A stretch of DNA of 64,000 bases from Mycobacterium sp. (GTDB taxonomy: Bacteria; Actinomycetota; Actinomycetes; Mycobacteriales; Mycobacteriaceae). The DNA is taken from NCBI RefSeq assembly GCF_029961025.1, contig NZ_JASBVP010000015.1, positions 38,519-102,518 of the forward strand. The letters run 5' to 3'. The notes below the pieces were generated by a model. That model worked only from the letters and a program-made list of their open reading frames with translations. It had not been told where the DNA came from and ran no database searches. The position numbers and the translations under genes were made by a program. Positions 44,565 to 53,256 of this stretch are shown here, piece by piece (the first letter of the stretch is position 1; the number at the start of each line of letters is the position of its first letter).

Positions 44565-44630
44565 TACCGGCTGGCTAGGGGCTGGCTACAGGCTGGCTAC
44601 GGGCTGACTAGAGGCTGGCTAGAGGCTGGC
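44565..44630. repeat. 11-bp tandem repeat (minus-strand consensus GCCAGCCTCTA), 6 copies, at the bioB 3' end
   Basis: TACCGGCTGGC, TAGGGGCTGGC, TACAGGCTGGC, TACGGGCTGAC, TAGAGGCTGGC, TAGAGGCTGGC. Confidence 0.92.
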
Positions 44631-45668
44631 GTTGAGTGCCTTGATCGGCATCTGCAGGTCGTCGAGCAACGCCAGGTCGGCCGCGGCGGGACGGCCGAGC
44701 GTGGTCAGGTAGTTGCCGACGATCACCGCGTTAATGCCGCCCAAAATCCCCTGCCTGGCCCCGAGGTCACCCAGGGTGATCTCCCGGCCGCCGGCGAATC
44801 GCAACACGGTGCGCGGCAGCGCCAGCCGAAACGCGCCGACGGCCTTGAGCGCCTCGACCGCCGGCATCACCTCCAGCTCCCCGAAGGGGGTGCCGGGCCG
44901 CGGGTTAAGGAAGTTCAGCGGAACCTCGTCGGGGCCGAGTTCGGCCAGCTCGGCAGCGAACTCGGCACGCTGCGCCAAGGTCTCCCCCAGGCCCAGGATG
45001 CCGCCGCAGCACACCTCCATGCCGGCCTCGCGCACCATCGACAGCGTCTGCCGGCGCTCTTCCCAGGTGTGGGTGGTGACGACGTTCGGGAAAAACGAGC
45101 GCGCGGTTTCGAGGTTGTGGTTATAGCGGTGCACACCCATTGCCGCCAGCCGCCGCGCCTGGTCGGCGGTGAGCATCCCCAGCGAGCAGGCGATCTGAAT
45201 GTCGACCTCGCGGCGAATCGCCTCGATACCGGCGGCCACCTGGGCCATCAACCGCTCGTCGGGCCCGCGCACCGCGGCCACGATGCAAAACTCGGTGGCC
45301 CCGGTTTTGGCGGTCTGCTTGGCCGCCTCGACCAGGCCGGCAATGTCCAGCCGGGCGCTGCGCACCGGCGAGTCGAACACCCCCGACTGCGAGCAGAAGT
45401 GGCAATCCTCCGGGCAGCCACCGGTTTTCAGGCTGATGATGCCCTCGACTTCGACCTCGGGGCCGCACCAGCGCAGCCGCACCTCGTGGGCCAGGGTCAG
45501 CAGCTCCTGCAGCCGGGCATCGGGCAGCCGCAGCACCTGGAGCACCTGCTCGCGGTCCAGCCCCATACCGTGTTCGAGCACCTGCCGGCGCGCCACCGCG
45601 AGGATGTCGGGTCCGTCCGGGCCGTCATCGCCGGCGCCGTTGCTGGGCCGAGTCGCCACCGCAGTCAC
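44619..45668 (-). CDS. bioB: Biotin synthase
   Basis: Radical-SAM [36 protein letters not shown]; GTG start MTAVATRP. Confidence 0.97.
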   Translation of the reverse strand: MTAVATRPSNGAGDDGPDGPDILAVARRQVLEHGMGLDREQVLQVLRLPDARLQELLTLAHEVRLRWCGPEVEVEGIISLKTGGCPEDCHFCSQSGVFDSPVRSARLDIAGLVEAAKQTAKTGATEFCIVAAVRGPDERLMAQVAAGIEAIRREVDIQIACSLGMLTADQARRLAAMGVHRYNHNLETARSFFPNVVTTHTWEERRQTLSMVREAGMEVCCGGILGLGETLAQRAEFAAELAELGPDEVPLNFLNPRPGTPFGELEVMPAVEALKAVGAFRLALPRTVLRFAGGREITLGDLGARQGILGGINAVIVGNYLTTLGRPAAADLALLDDLQMPIKALNASL

Positions 45669-45786
45669 CCAGTACTCCCCTGCATCTACTCCCCTGCATC
45701 GTGATGGCACCGCAAGCCCCGGGCGGAAAACGCCCGGAGCCGTCGGCAGCCTGCCGGCAACGGTGTTCCCGTTAGGGTAACGGTGC

Positions 45787-45818
45787 GCCGGCCGGCCCGG
45801 TCCGCCGGGCCGGCCGGC
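45787..45818. other. Perfect 14-bp GC stem hairpin (4-nt loop) between Rv1571 and bioB; possible terminator or operator
   Basis: GCCGGCCGGCCCGG-TCCG-CCGGGCCGGCCGGC; no U-tract. Confidence 0.5.
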
Positions 45819-45920
45819 TACGAGCATCACCCCCGCCGTCGCGAGAGTGCCACTAGCGACGGGTCTAGTCGAGAAACGCGTCGGCAGTTGCACTCTCGCG
45901 GCCATGCGGGGCCATGCGGG

Positions 45921-45965
45921 GCTGGCGGGGCTTGCGGAGCTGGCGGGGCTTGCGGGGCTGGCGGG
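45921..45965. repeat. 5 x 9-bp tandem repeat GCT(G/T)GCGG(G/A), preceded by 2 x GCCATGCGGG (45901-45920)
   Basis: Read directly from the sequence. Confidence 0.85.
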
Positions 45966-45977
45966 CGGACAAGCTCG

Positions 45978-46490
45978 TCAGCCGATCGGATGCTCGATCT
46001 TTTTCTCGCCATCCCAGCGGCGTAAGCCCTCGACCCGGCCGTGGATCTCCGCCGGGCGCCCCGCCACCCGCACCGCCCGGCCGAGCTGGGCGCCGCCGAC
46101 CCTGCGGGCCAGCGTGACGTGCGCGGTCCACTGTCCGGGAAGGCAGTTGGGCATCGGCTCGGGCGCGACATGCGGCAGGCACAGCCGGTACACCTCGGCA
46201 TGCAGTGCCAGCAACTCGCTCGTGGGCACCAGCAGCCGCGCCAGCACCACCTTCGCCCGGCCGAAAAGCAGCGGCGCGCCGACCACACAGCCCAGCGGGA
46301 ACCGTGGGCTCAGCGACGCCAGTGCGGCATCGACGTCGGCGGCGATGCGTTCGGCCACGACCATGGTCGCGTGCGGACGGCTGGCCGGCGCCTGGCTGGG
46401 GATGCCGGCGGCCGCCAGGTCGGCCCAGATGCCCCGGATCGTCGTCTCGGTGTCCCGGTCGAAGACCAGCTCGATCGAATGAACCATCAC
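45978..46490 (-). CDS. 2H-phosphoesterase / 2'-5' RNA ligase-family protein (Rv1571)
   Basis: Two HxT motifs (RPHATM, TAHVTL); follows bioD. Confidence 0.87.
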   Translation of the reverse strand: MMVHSIELVFDRDTETTIRGIWADLAAAGIPSQAPASRPHATMVVAERIAADVDAALASLSPRFPLGCVVGAPLLFGRAKVVLARLLVPTSELLALHAEVYRLCLPHVAPEPMPNCLPGQWTAHVTLARRVGGAQLGRAVRVAGRPAEIHGRVEGLRRWDGEKKIEHPIG

Positions 46491-47167
46491 CCCACCAGGG
46501 CGCTAACCCAAGCCGGCTCGAAGGCTCGGGCGCTCATCGCGGCAAACTCGGCGGCGTCCATCGACCCGGCGCCCGCGGGCAGCGCGGCCCGCAGCGGCGC
46601 CTGCCGGGCCAGCGCGCACCGGTTGGACGTCTCCACCGGCCCCGGGCGCGCCGGCCAGCTGCCGAGCACCAGCCCGGCGCACGAAACGTTACGGGTCGCC
46701 AGCGCTTCCAGGGTCAACGCGGTGTGGTTGAGGGTGCCCAGCCCGGCGCTGGTGACCACCAACACCCGGGCGCGCAGGGCGACCGCGAGATCGCGCAGCG
46801 TCCCGCCGTCGTGGGCGAGCTCGACCAGCAGCCCGCCCGCGCCTTCGACCAGCGTCAGGCGCTCGGGACGGTCCAGGCCCCGGATGAGGTCCAGCACCTC
46901 AGCGCGGGCGGGCAGCCGCATGCCGGCCCGCTCGGCGGCCGCGGCCGGGGCCAGCGGCTGCGGGTAACGGGCCAGGCCGGCCAGCCGGCGCACCCCGGAC
47001 AGCCGGGCCACCTCGGCGAGGTCGTCGTCGCCGGCGGCGGTCCCGGTCTGCACCGGCTTGCACACCGCCACCTCGACGCCGGCCTGGCCGGCGTGCGCGG
47101 CCAGCGCCGCGGTGGCGACCGTCTTGCCGACGCCCGTGCCGGTCCCGGTGACGATCAGGATCGTCAC
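46487..47167 (-). CDS. bioD: Dethiobiotin synthetase
   Basis: [31 protein letters not shown]. Confidence 0.96.
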   Translation of the reverse strand: MTILIVTGTGTGVGKTVATAALAAHAGQAGVEVAVCKPVQTGTAAGDDDLAEVARLSGVRRLAGLARYPQPLAPAAAAERAGMRLPARAEVLDLIRGLDRPERLTLVEGAGGLLVELAHDGGTLRDLAVALRARVLVVTSAGLGTLNHTALTLEALATRNVSCAGLVLGSWPARPGPVETSNRCALARQAPLRAALPAGAGSMDAAEFAAMSARAFEPAWVSALVG

Positions 47168-48324
47168 CGCCGTGGCGCACCCAGGTCCCGCAGCACCTGC
47201 GTCAGCACGGCGCGGGCCCGCTCGAGCTCGCCGGCGTCCAGCGATGCCCGCGCGGTCAGCCGCAGCCGCGACGTTCCGGCGGGCACCGTCGGCGGCCGGA
47301 AGCAGCCCACCCGTACCCCCGCCTCCAGGCACGCGGTGGCGGCCCGATGCGCCCGCTGCGGATCGCCGAGGATCACCGGCACCACCGCCGACTGCGGCCG
47401 GGTCGCCAGCCCGCAGATCTCGGCCAGGGTGGCCGCGTGGCGCAGCACCGCCCCGGGTCGCCACGGTTCGGCGGCCAGTACCCGCAGCGCGGCCTGCGCG
47501 GCGCCCACCGCCGCCGGCGCCAGCGCGGTGTCGAAGATGAAAGCCCGGGCGGTGTCGATGAGGTGCTCACGCACCGCCGCCGGCCCCAGCACCACGCCGC
47601 CCTGGCTGCCCAGCGCCTTGGACAGCGTGGCCGTCATCACCACGTCGGGGGCACCGGCCAGCCCCAGCTCGTGCAGCAGTCCGCGCCCCCCCGCCCCGCG
47701 CACCCCCAGGCCATGCGCCTCATCGACCAGCAGCAGCGCGCCGTGGCGCCGGCAGGCCTCATGCAGCCCGCCGAGGGGCGCCAGCGAGCCGTCGGCGGAA
47801 AACACCGAGTCGGTGACCACCACCGCGCGCTCCTCGTCCCGCGCCGCCAGCGCCGCCTCCACGGCCTCGACATCGCGGTGCGGCGTCACCACCACCCGGG
47901 CCCGGGAAAGCCGGCAGGCGTCCACCACCGAGGCGTGCGCGTCGGCGTCGGACACCAGCAGCGAGCCCGGGCCCGACAACCCGGCCACCGCCCCCAGGTT
48001 GGCGGTGTATCCCGAGGAGAACAGCAAACCCGACGCGGCGCCGACGAACTCGGCCAGCGCCGATTCGAATTGCTGGTGTAGCTCGGTGTCGCCGCTGACC
48101 AGCCGCGAGCCGGTGGCGCCGGCGCCCCAGGTGCGCAACGCCGCCACCCCGCCCGCGATCACGTCGGGGTGCCGGGAAAGCCCGAGGTAGTCGTTGGAGG
48201 CCAGGTCGACTTCGGTGGCGACGGCGGGGCGGGGCCGCAGCACGCGGCGCAGCCCAGCGCGGCGACGCCGCCGGGCGTCGCCGTCCAGCCAGGCCAGCGG
48301 CGCGGGGCCGATCGGTGCCTTCAT
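47164..48324 (-). CDS. bioF: 8-amino-7-oxononanoate synthase
   Basis: [37 protein letters not shown]. Confidence 0.96.
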   Translation of the reverse strand: MKAPIGPAPLAWLDGDARRRRRAGLRRVLRPRPAVATEVDLASNDYLGLSRHPDVIAGGVAALRTWGAGATGSRLVSGDTELHQQFESALAEFVGAASGLLFSSGYTANLGAVAGLSGPGSLLVSDADAHASVVDACRLSRARVVVTPHRDVEAVEAALAARDEERAVVVTDSVFSADGSLAPLGGLHEACRRHGALLLVDEAHGLGVRGAGGRGLLHELGLAGAPDVVMTATLSKALGSQGGVVLGPAAVREHLIDTARAFIFDTALAPAAVGAAQAALRVLAAEPWRPGAVLRHAATLAEICGLATRPQSAVVPVILGDPQRAHRAATACLEAGVRVGCFRPPTVPAGTSRLRLTARASLDAGELERARAVLTQVLRDLGAPRR

Positions 48325-48330
48325 CGGCGT

Positions 48331-49629
48331 TTAGCCTACGAGCCGCGCGACCTCGACCATTGCGGAGGTGATCTGCGCGATCTCCGCCGGGCTGCAGATG
48401 AACGGCGGCATGGCGTACACCAGGTTGCGAAACGGGCGCAGCCACACACCGCGGTCCAGCGCCGCCGGGGTGGCGACCGCCAGGTCGACCGGCCGGTCGC
48501 ATTCGATGACCCCGATGGCGCCGCACACCCGCACATCGGTCACCCGGGGCAGCGCCCGCGCCGGTTCCAGCCCGGCGCTCAACCCGGCGCTGATCCCGGC
48601 GATCACCGAACGCCAGTCCTGGCGCAGCAGCACTTCGATGCTGGCCACCGACACCGCGCACGCCAGCGCATTGGCCATGAAGGTGGGGCCGTGCAGCAGG
48701 GCTCCCGCCGCGCTGATGGTGTGCGCGATCTCGGTGGTGCACAAGGTGGCCGCCAGCCCCAGGTACCCCCCGGTGAGCGCCTTGCCCACGCACATGATGT
48801 CCGGGCTGACCCCGGCGTGGTCGGCGGCGAACAGCTCACCGGTGCGGCCGAAGCCGGTCGCGATCTCGTCGAAGACCAGCAACACCTGATGCCGCCGGCA
48901 GATATCCCGCAGGTCACGCAGGTAGCGCGGGTCGTGAAAGCGCATCCCGCCCGCCCCTTGCACCACGGGTTCGACGACCACCGCCGCCAGCTCGGCGGCG
49001 TGCGCGGCCAACTGGGCTTCGAAGGCCGCGCTGTAGCCCGGGTCGTAGTCGCGGGGCACCTGCGGGGCGAAAATCTGCGGCGCCAGGATGCCGGCCCACA
49101 TCGCGTGCATGCCGCCATCGGGGTCGCAGATGCTCATCGGGGTGAACGTGTCGCCGTGATAGCCGCCCCGCCAGGTCATCAGCCGGTGTTTGCGGTGCTG
49201 CCCGCGACCGCGCCAATACTGCAGCGCCATCTTCACCGCGACCTCCACCGACACCGATCCGGAGTCGCTGAAAAAGACGGTCTGCAAACCCGCCGGGGTG
49301 ATGTCGACGAGCAGCTGCGCCAGCCGGGCGGCCGGCTCGTGGGTCAGCCCGCCGAACATGACGTGGTTCATCGTGGCCAGCTGCGCGCTCAGCGCGGCGT
49401 CAAGGACCGGGTGCCCGTGACCGTGGATCGCGGTCCACCAGGAGCTCATCGCGTCCAGTGCCTCGACCCGCCGGCCGTCGCGGATCAGCGTCAGCCACGG
49501 CCCGTGCGCGCCGACCGCCACCACCGGGGGCACGGTTTCGGCGCCGACGGTGCTGTAGGGATGCCACAGGTGGGCGGCGTCGATCGCGCTGATCTGCTCG
49601 GGGGTCAAACCCGGGGTCGCCGCGGGCAT
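48331..49629 (-). CDS. bioA: DAPA aminotransferase
   Basis: HLWHPYS, DAMSSWW, SGSVSVEVAVK, YHGDT, FDEIATGFGRTG, VGKALTGG. Confidence 0.97.
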   Translation of the reverse strand: MPAATPGLTPEQISAIDAAHLWHPYSTVGAETVPPVVAVGAHGPWLTLIRDGRRVEALDAMSSWWTAIHGHGHPVLDAALSAQLATMNHVMFGGLTHEPAARLAQLLVDITPAGLQTVFFSDSGSVSVEVAVKMALQYWRGRGQHRKHRLMTWRGGYHGDTFTPMSICDPDGGMHAMWAGILAPQIFAPQVPRDYDPGYSAAFEAQLAAHAAELAAVVVEPVVQGAGGMRFHDPRYLRDLRDICRRHQVLLVFDEIATGFGRTGELFAADHAGVSPDIMCVGKALTGGYLGLAATLCTTEIAHTISAAGALLHGPTFMANALACAVSVASIEVLLRQDWRSVIAGISAGLSAGLEPARALPRVTDVRVCGAIGVIECDRPVDLAVATPAALDRGVWLRPFRNLVYAMPPFICSPAEIAQITSAMVEVARLVG

Positions 49630-49713
49630 GAAGATCGAGGGTAGAGCACCCGGGTCCGCCACCGGCACGCCCCGGGTCGCCGAAACACCGATTGTCGGGG
49701 AGCATTGGACGGC

Positions 49714-50151
49714 ATGACTACGCCGCATCCTCCCGACGGCCCGTCCGGGGGCGATCGCGCCCGGCTCGCACCGCTGATCCCCGAGGACCGCCCCCGGGTG
49801 CTGCGGCTGCGGTTGGCGCCCTGGGATGTGCTCGGCACCCTGGCGATTCTGACGGCGATCGCGCTGGCGGCGCTGCTCACCGACTGGCGGGCGCTGCTTT
49901 TCGGGTTCCTTGCGGAGGTGTGCACCGGTGACGACTGCGCGCCGGTGCCTTACGGCGTCGATTTCTACATCTATCCGGTGGTCTGGGGCGGGCTCGGTGC
50001 GGCGGTCGCGGCGGCGCTGATCGGCCCGGTCGTCTCCCTCGTCAAGGGCTGGTACCTGTCCTTCTGGCCGGTGGTGGCGCTGGCCCTGGTGTTTCTCAGC
50101 GCGCTGGCCGGTTCCGCGCTGACCGCCTTCAGCGCCCACTTCTGGCACTGA
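49714..50151 (+). CDS. Hypothetical membrane protein (Rv1567c position)
   Basis: Three to four hydrophobic segments, C-x4-C loop; synteny. Confidence 0.72.
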   Translation: MTTPHPPDGPSGGDRARLAPLIPEDRPRVLRLRLAPWDVLGTLAILTAIALAALLTDWRALLFGFLAEVCTGDDCAPVPYGVDFYIYPVVWGGLGAAVAAALIGPVVSLVKGWYLSFWPVVALALVFLSALAGSALTAFSAHFWH

Positions 50152-50429
50152 CCGCCGCGGCGGCGCGAGCCCGGCGATCGGGCCGTCCCCGGCCGCAGAG
50201 CGCTTCGGATCACCGTCCGGTGACGGTAACGACACAGGTTCGCCGCCATCCGGGTGGTTGCCGACCATCCGGCTAACGCGTTGTCAAAGTTACTAAAGTT
50301 ACTGTTGTGAGTTTCGGACGGTCGTTGGCGCGCCTTCGGACCGCGGTGTCAGCGCGCCGAGATCCGACGGAGGGTCAGCGACGGGCCCGCAGCGGGCCCC
50401 CAGCGGGCGATTTGAGGAGGGGAACCCTG

Positions 50430-50930
50430 ATGAGACACGGCTACGTGATCGGCCTGGGCCTGTTGATCGCGGTGGTGCTGCCGGTGGCCGGGACCGGCCG
50501 CGCGCACGCCGACCCGAGCATCCTGACGGCCGGCAACCAGAACACCATCAACTACGTGATTCAGCGCGCGCTATCGCAGCGTGGCGTGCCCTACGTCTAC
50601 GGGGGCGGCAACGCGGCGGGCCCCACCCGGGGCACCGGACTGAATGCCAACGTCGTCGGATTCGACGCCTCGGGCCTGATCCAATACGCCTTCGCCGGCG
50701 CCGGCATCAAGATGCCGAGGACCTCCGGCCAGCAGTGCAGCGTCGGCTTCAAGGTCCCGCCGGCGCAGGCCCGCCCCGGTGACCTGATCTGCTATGGCCC
50801 CGGCGGCAGCCAAAGCGTCGCGATGTACCTCGGAAACGGTCAGATGATCGAGGCCACCGAGCCCGCCGTCACGGTGTCGCCGGCGCGCACCGCCGGCATG
50901 ACGCCGTATCTGACCCGGATCATCGCCTGA
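50430..50930 (+). CDS. ripD: Non-catalytic NlpC/P60 protein RipD (Rv1566c-like)
   Basis: Signal peptide, PYVYGGG, GFDASGL (catalytic Cys replaced by Ala), SQSVAMY; GAGGAGG SD before ATG 50430. Confidence 0.88.
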   Translation: MRHGYVIGLGLLIAVVLPVAGTGRAHADPSILTAGNQNTINYVIQRALSQRGVPYVYGGGNAAGPTRGTGLNANVVGFDASGLIQYAFAGAGIKMPRTSGQQCSVGFKVPPAQARPGDLICYGPGGSQSVAMYLGNGQMIEATEPAVTVSPARTAGMTPYLTRIIA

Positions 50931-51050
50931 CGACCGGCGGTGCCGGCGCGTTAGTAGGCGTGGCGCCGGGCGCCCGCCGCGGACACGGTGGCCTCGCCGC
51001 CACCGACGAGTCCCGCGGGTCCGGGCGCCGGTTGGGTAGATTGTCTGGCG

Positions 51051-53222
51051 ATGCTGAGCCTGTCTGCGACCCCCTCGGCGCCCGCTCCGGTCGCCCAGGC
51101 GGCACGCTCCGCGCTGGTGACGCGGAATCGGGCGTCGGGTTTGTACCGGCACGACCTGGACGGCCTGCGCGGTATCGCGATCGCCTTGGTGGCGATGTTT
51201 CACGTCTGGTTCGGCCGGGTGTCCGGCGGGGTGGACGTGTTCCTGGCGCTGTCCGGCTTTTTCTTCGGCGGCAAGGTCATCCGGGCCGCGCTCAACCCAG
51301 GGGGGTCGCTGTCGTTGGTGCCGGAGGTGACCCGGCTGGTCCGTCGGCTGCTGCCGGCCCTGGTCGTGGTGCTCGCCGGGTGCGCGGTGCTCACCATCCT
51401 GGTGCAGCCGCAGACCCGCTGGGAAACCTTCGCCGACCAAAGCCTGGCCAGCCTGGGCTACTACCAGAACTGGGAGCTGGCCCACACGGTGGCCGACTAC
51501 CTGCGCGCCGGCGAGGCGGTCAGCCCGCTGCAGCACATCTGGTCGATGTCGGTGCAGGGCCAGTTCTACATCGCGTTCCTGGCCGTGATCTTCGGCTGCG
51601 CCTACCTCCTGCGACGGCGCCTGGGCGGGCGGCTGCGGGGCTTCTTCGTAGTGCTGCTGAGCGCCCTGACGCTGGTCTCGTTCGGCTACGCGATAGCTGC
51701 CCACCGGGCCAACCAGGCCACCGCCTACTACAACAGCTTCGCGCGGGCCTGGGAGTTGCTGCTGGGAGCGCTCGTCGGCGCGCTGGTCCCCTTCGTCCGC
51801 TGGCCGATGTGGCTGCGCACGCTGATCGCCACCGTGGCGCTGGCGGCGATCCTGTCCTGCGGGGCGCTCATCGACGGCGTCCGGGAATTCCCCGGCCCGT
51901 GGGCCCTGGTGCCCGTCGGGGCGACGATGCTGATGATTCTGGCCGGGGCCAACCGGCATACCCTGCCCGGCACCGGTGACCGGTTGCCGCTGCCGAATCG
52001 GCTGCTGGCGACCGCGCCGCTGGTGACGCTGGGCGCGATGGCCTACTCGCTGTATTTGTGGCACTGGCCGCTGCTGATCTTCTGGCTGTCCTATACCGGC
52101 CATCGGCGCGCCGGCTTCCTCGACGGCGCGGCGGTGCTGCTGCTCTCCGGGGTGCTGGCCTACCTCACGCTGCGCCACGTCGAGGATCCGCTGCGGTATC
52201 GGGCGCCGGCCGCCGATCCGCCCGTCGCGGCGGTCCCCTGGCGGGTGCGGCTGCGGCGACCGACGATGGTGCTGGGGTCGGTGGTGGCCCTGCTGGGCGT
52301 CACTTTGACCGCGACGTCGTTCACCTGGCGGGAGCACGTCACCGTGCAGCGCGCGGAGGGCAAGGAGCTCAGCGGGCTCAATGCCCGCGACTACCCGGGG
52401 GCGCGTGCGCTGGTCGACCACGTGCGGGTGCCCAAGCTGCAGATGCGGCCCACGGTGCTGGAAGCCAAAAACGACCTGCCGCCGTCGACGAAAGACAACT
52501 GCATCAGCGACTGGAACAACCCGGCGCTGATCAATTGCACCTACGGCGACAAAGACGCCACCCGGACCATCGCGTTGGCCGGCGGGTCGCACGCCGAACA
52601 CTGGCTCACCGCCCTGGACCTGCTCGGCCGCAGGCACCACTTCAAGGTGGTGACGTATCTGAAGATGGGCTGTCCGTTGTCCACCGAGGAAGTCCCGCTG
52701 ATCATGGGCAACAACGCCCCCTACCCGCAGTGCCACGAGTGGGTGCAAAAAACGATGGCCAAGCTCATCGCCGACCACCCGGACTACGTGTTCACCACCT
52801 CCACCCGGCCCTGGAACATCAAACCCGGTGATGTGATGCCGGGGACGTACATCGGGATTTGGCAAGCGTTCTCCGACAACAACATTCCCGTGCTCGCCAT
52901 GCGCGATACCCCCTGGCTGGTCAAGGACGGCCAACCGTTCGTGCCCGCGGACTGCCTGGCCAAGGGCGGCAACGGGTTGTCGTGCGGGATCAAGCGCTCC
53001 GACGCGCTCTCCGACCACAACCCCACCCTCGACTTCGTCGGGCAATTCCCGCTGCTCAAGCCGCTGGACATGAGCGACGCGGTGTGCCGCGCCGACGTCT
53101 GCCGGGCGGTCGAGGGAAACGTGCTGATCTATCACGACGCTCATCACATCTCGGCGACCTACATGCGCACCCTGGCCACCGAGCTCGGCCGCCAGATCGC
53201 GGCGGCCACCGGATGGTGGTGA
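51051..53222 (+). CDS. sucT: AT3 acyltransferase-SGNH fusion (Rv1565c/SucT ortholog)
   Basis: YRHDLDGLRGIAI, GVDVFLALSGF, HIWSMSVQGQFY, GGSHA, HDAHH; synteny. Confidence 0.85.
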   Translation: MLSLSATPSAPAPVAQAARSALVTRNRASGLYRHDLDGLRGIAIALVAMFHVWFGRVSGGVDVFLALSGFFFGGKVIRAALNPGGSLSLVPEVTRLVRRLLPALVVVLAGCAVLTILVQPQTRWETFADQSLASLGYYQNWELAHTVADYLRAGEAVSPLQHIWSMSVQGQFYIAFLAVIFGCAYLLRRRLGGRLRGFFVVLLSALTLVSFGYAIAAHRANQATAYYNSFARAWELLLGALVGALVPFVRWPMWLRTLIATVALAAILSCGALIDGVREFPGPWALVPVGATMLMILAGANRHTLPGTGDRLPLPNRLLATAPLVTLGAMAYSLYLWHWPLLIFWLSYTGHRRAGFLDGAAVLLLSGVLAYLTLRHVEDPLRYRAPAADPPVAAVPWRVRLRRPTMVLGSVVALLGVTLTATSFTWREHVTVQRAEGKELSGLNARDYPGARALVDHVRVPKLQMRPTVLEAKNDLPPSTKDNCISDWNNPALINCTYGDKDATRTIALAGGSHAEHWLTALDLLGRRHHFKVVTYLKMGCPLSTEEVPLIMGNNAPYPQCHEWVQKTMAKLIADHPDYVFTTSTRPWNIKPGDVMPGTYIGIWQAFSDNNIPVLAMRDTPWLVKDGQPFVPADCLAKGGNGLSCGIKRSDALSDHNPTLDFVGQFPLLKPLDMSDAVCRADVCRAVEGNVLIYHDAHHISATYMRTLATELGRQIAAATGWW

Positions 53223-53256
53223 CAACCCACCCGACACCGGCGCGGCTACCCTCGAT

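Noticed and set aside
45760-45830. Cobalamin riboswitch-like stretch (GGTG..AGGG..CGGTG)
   Set aside because: Wrong strand for bioB, and the core B12-box elements are not recognisable.
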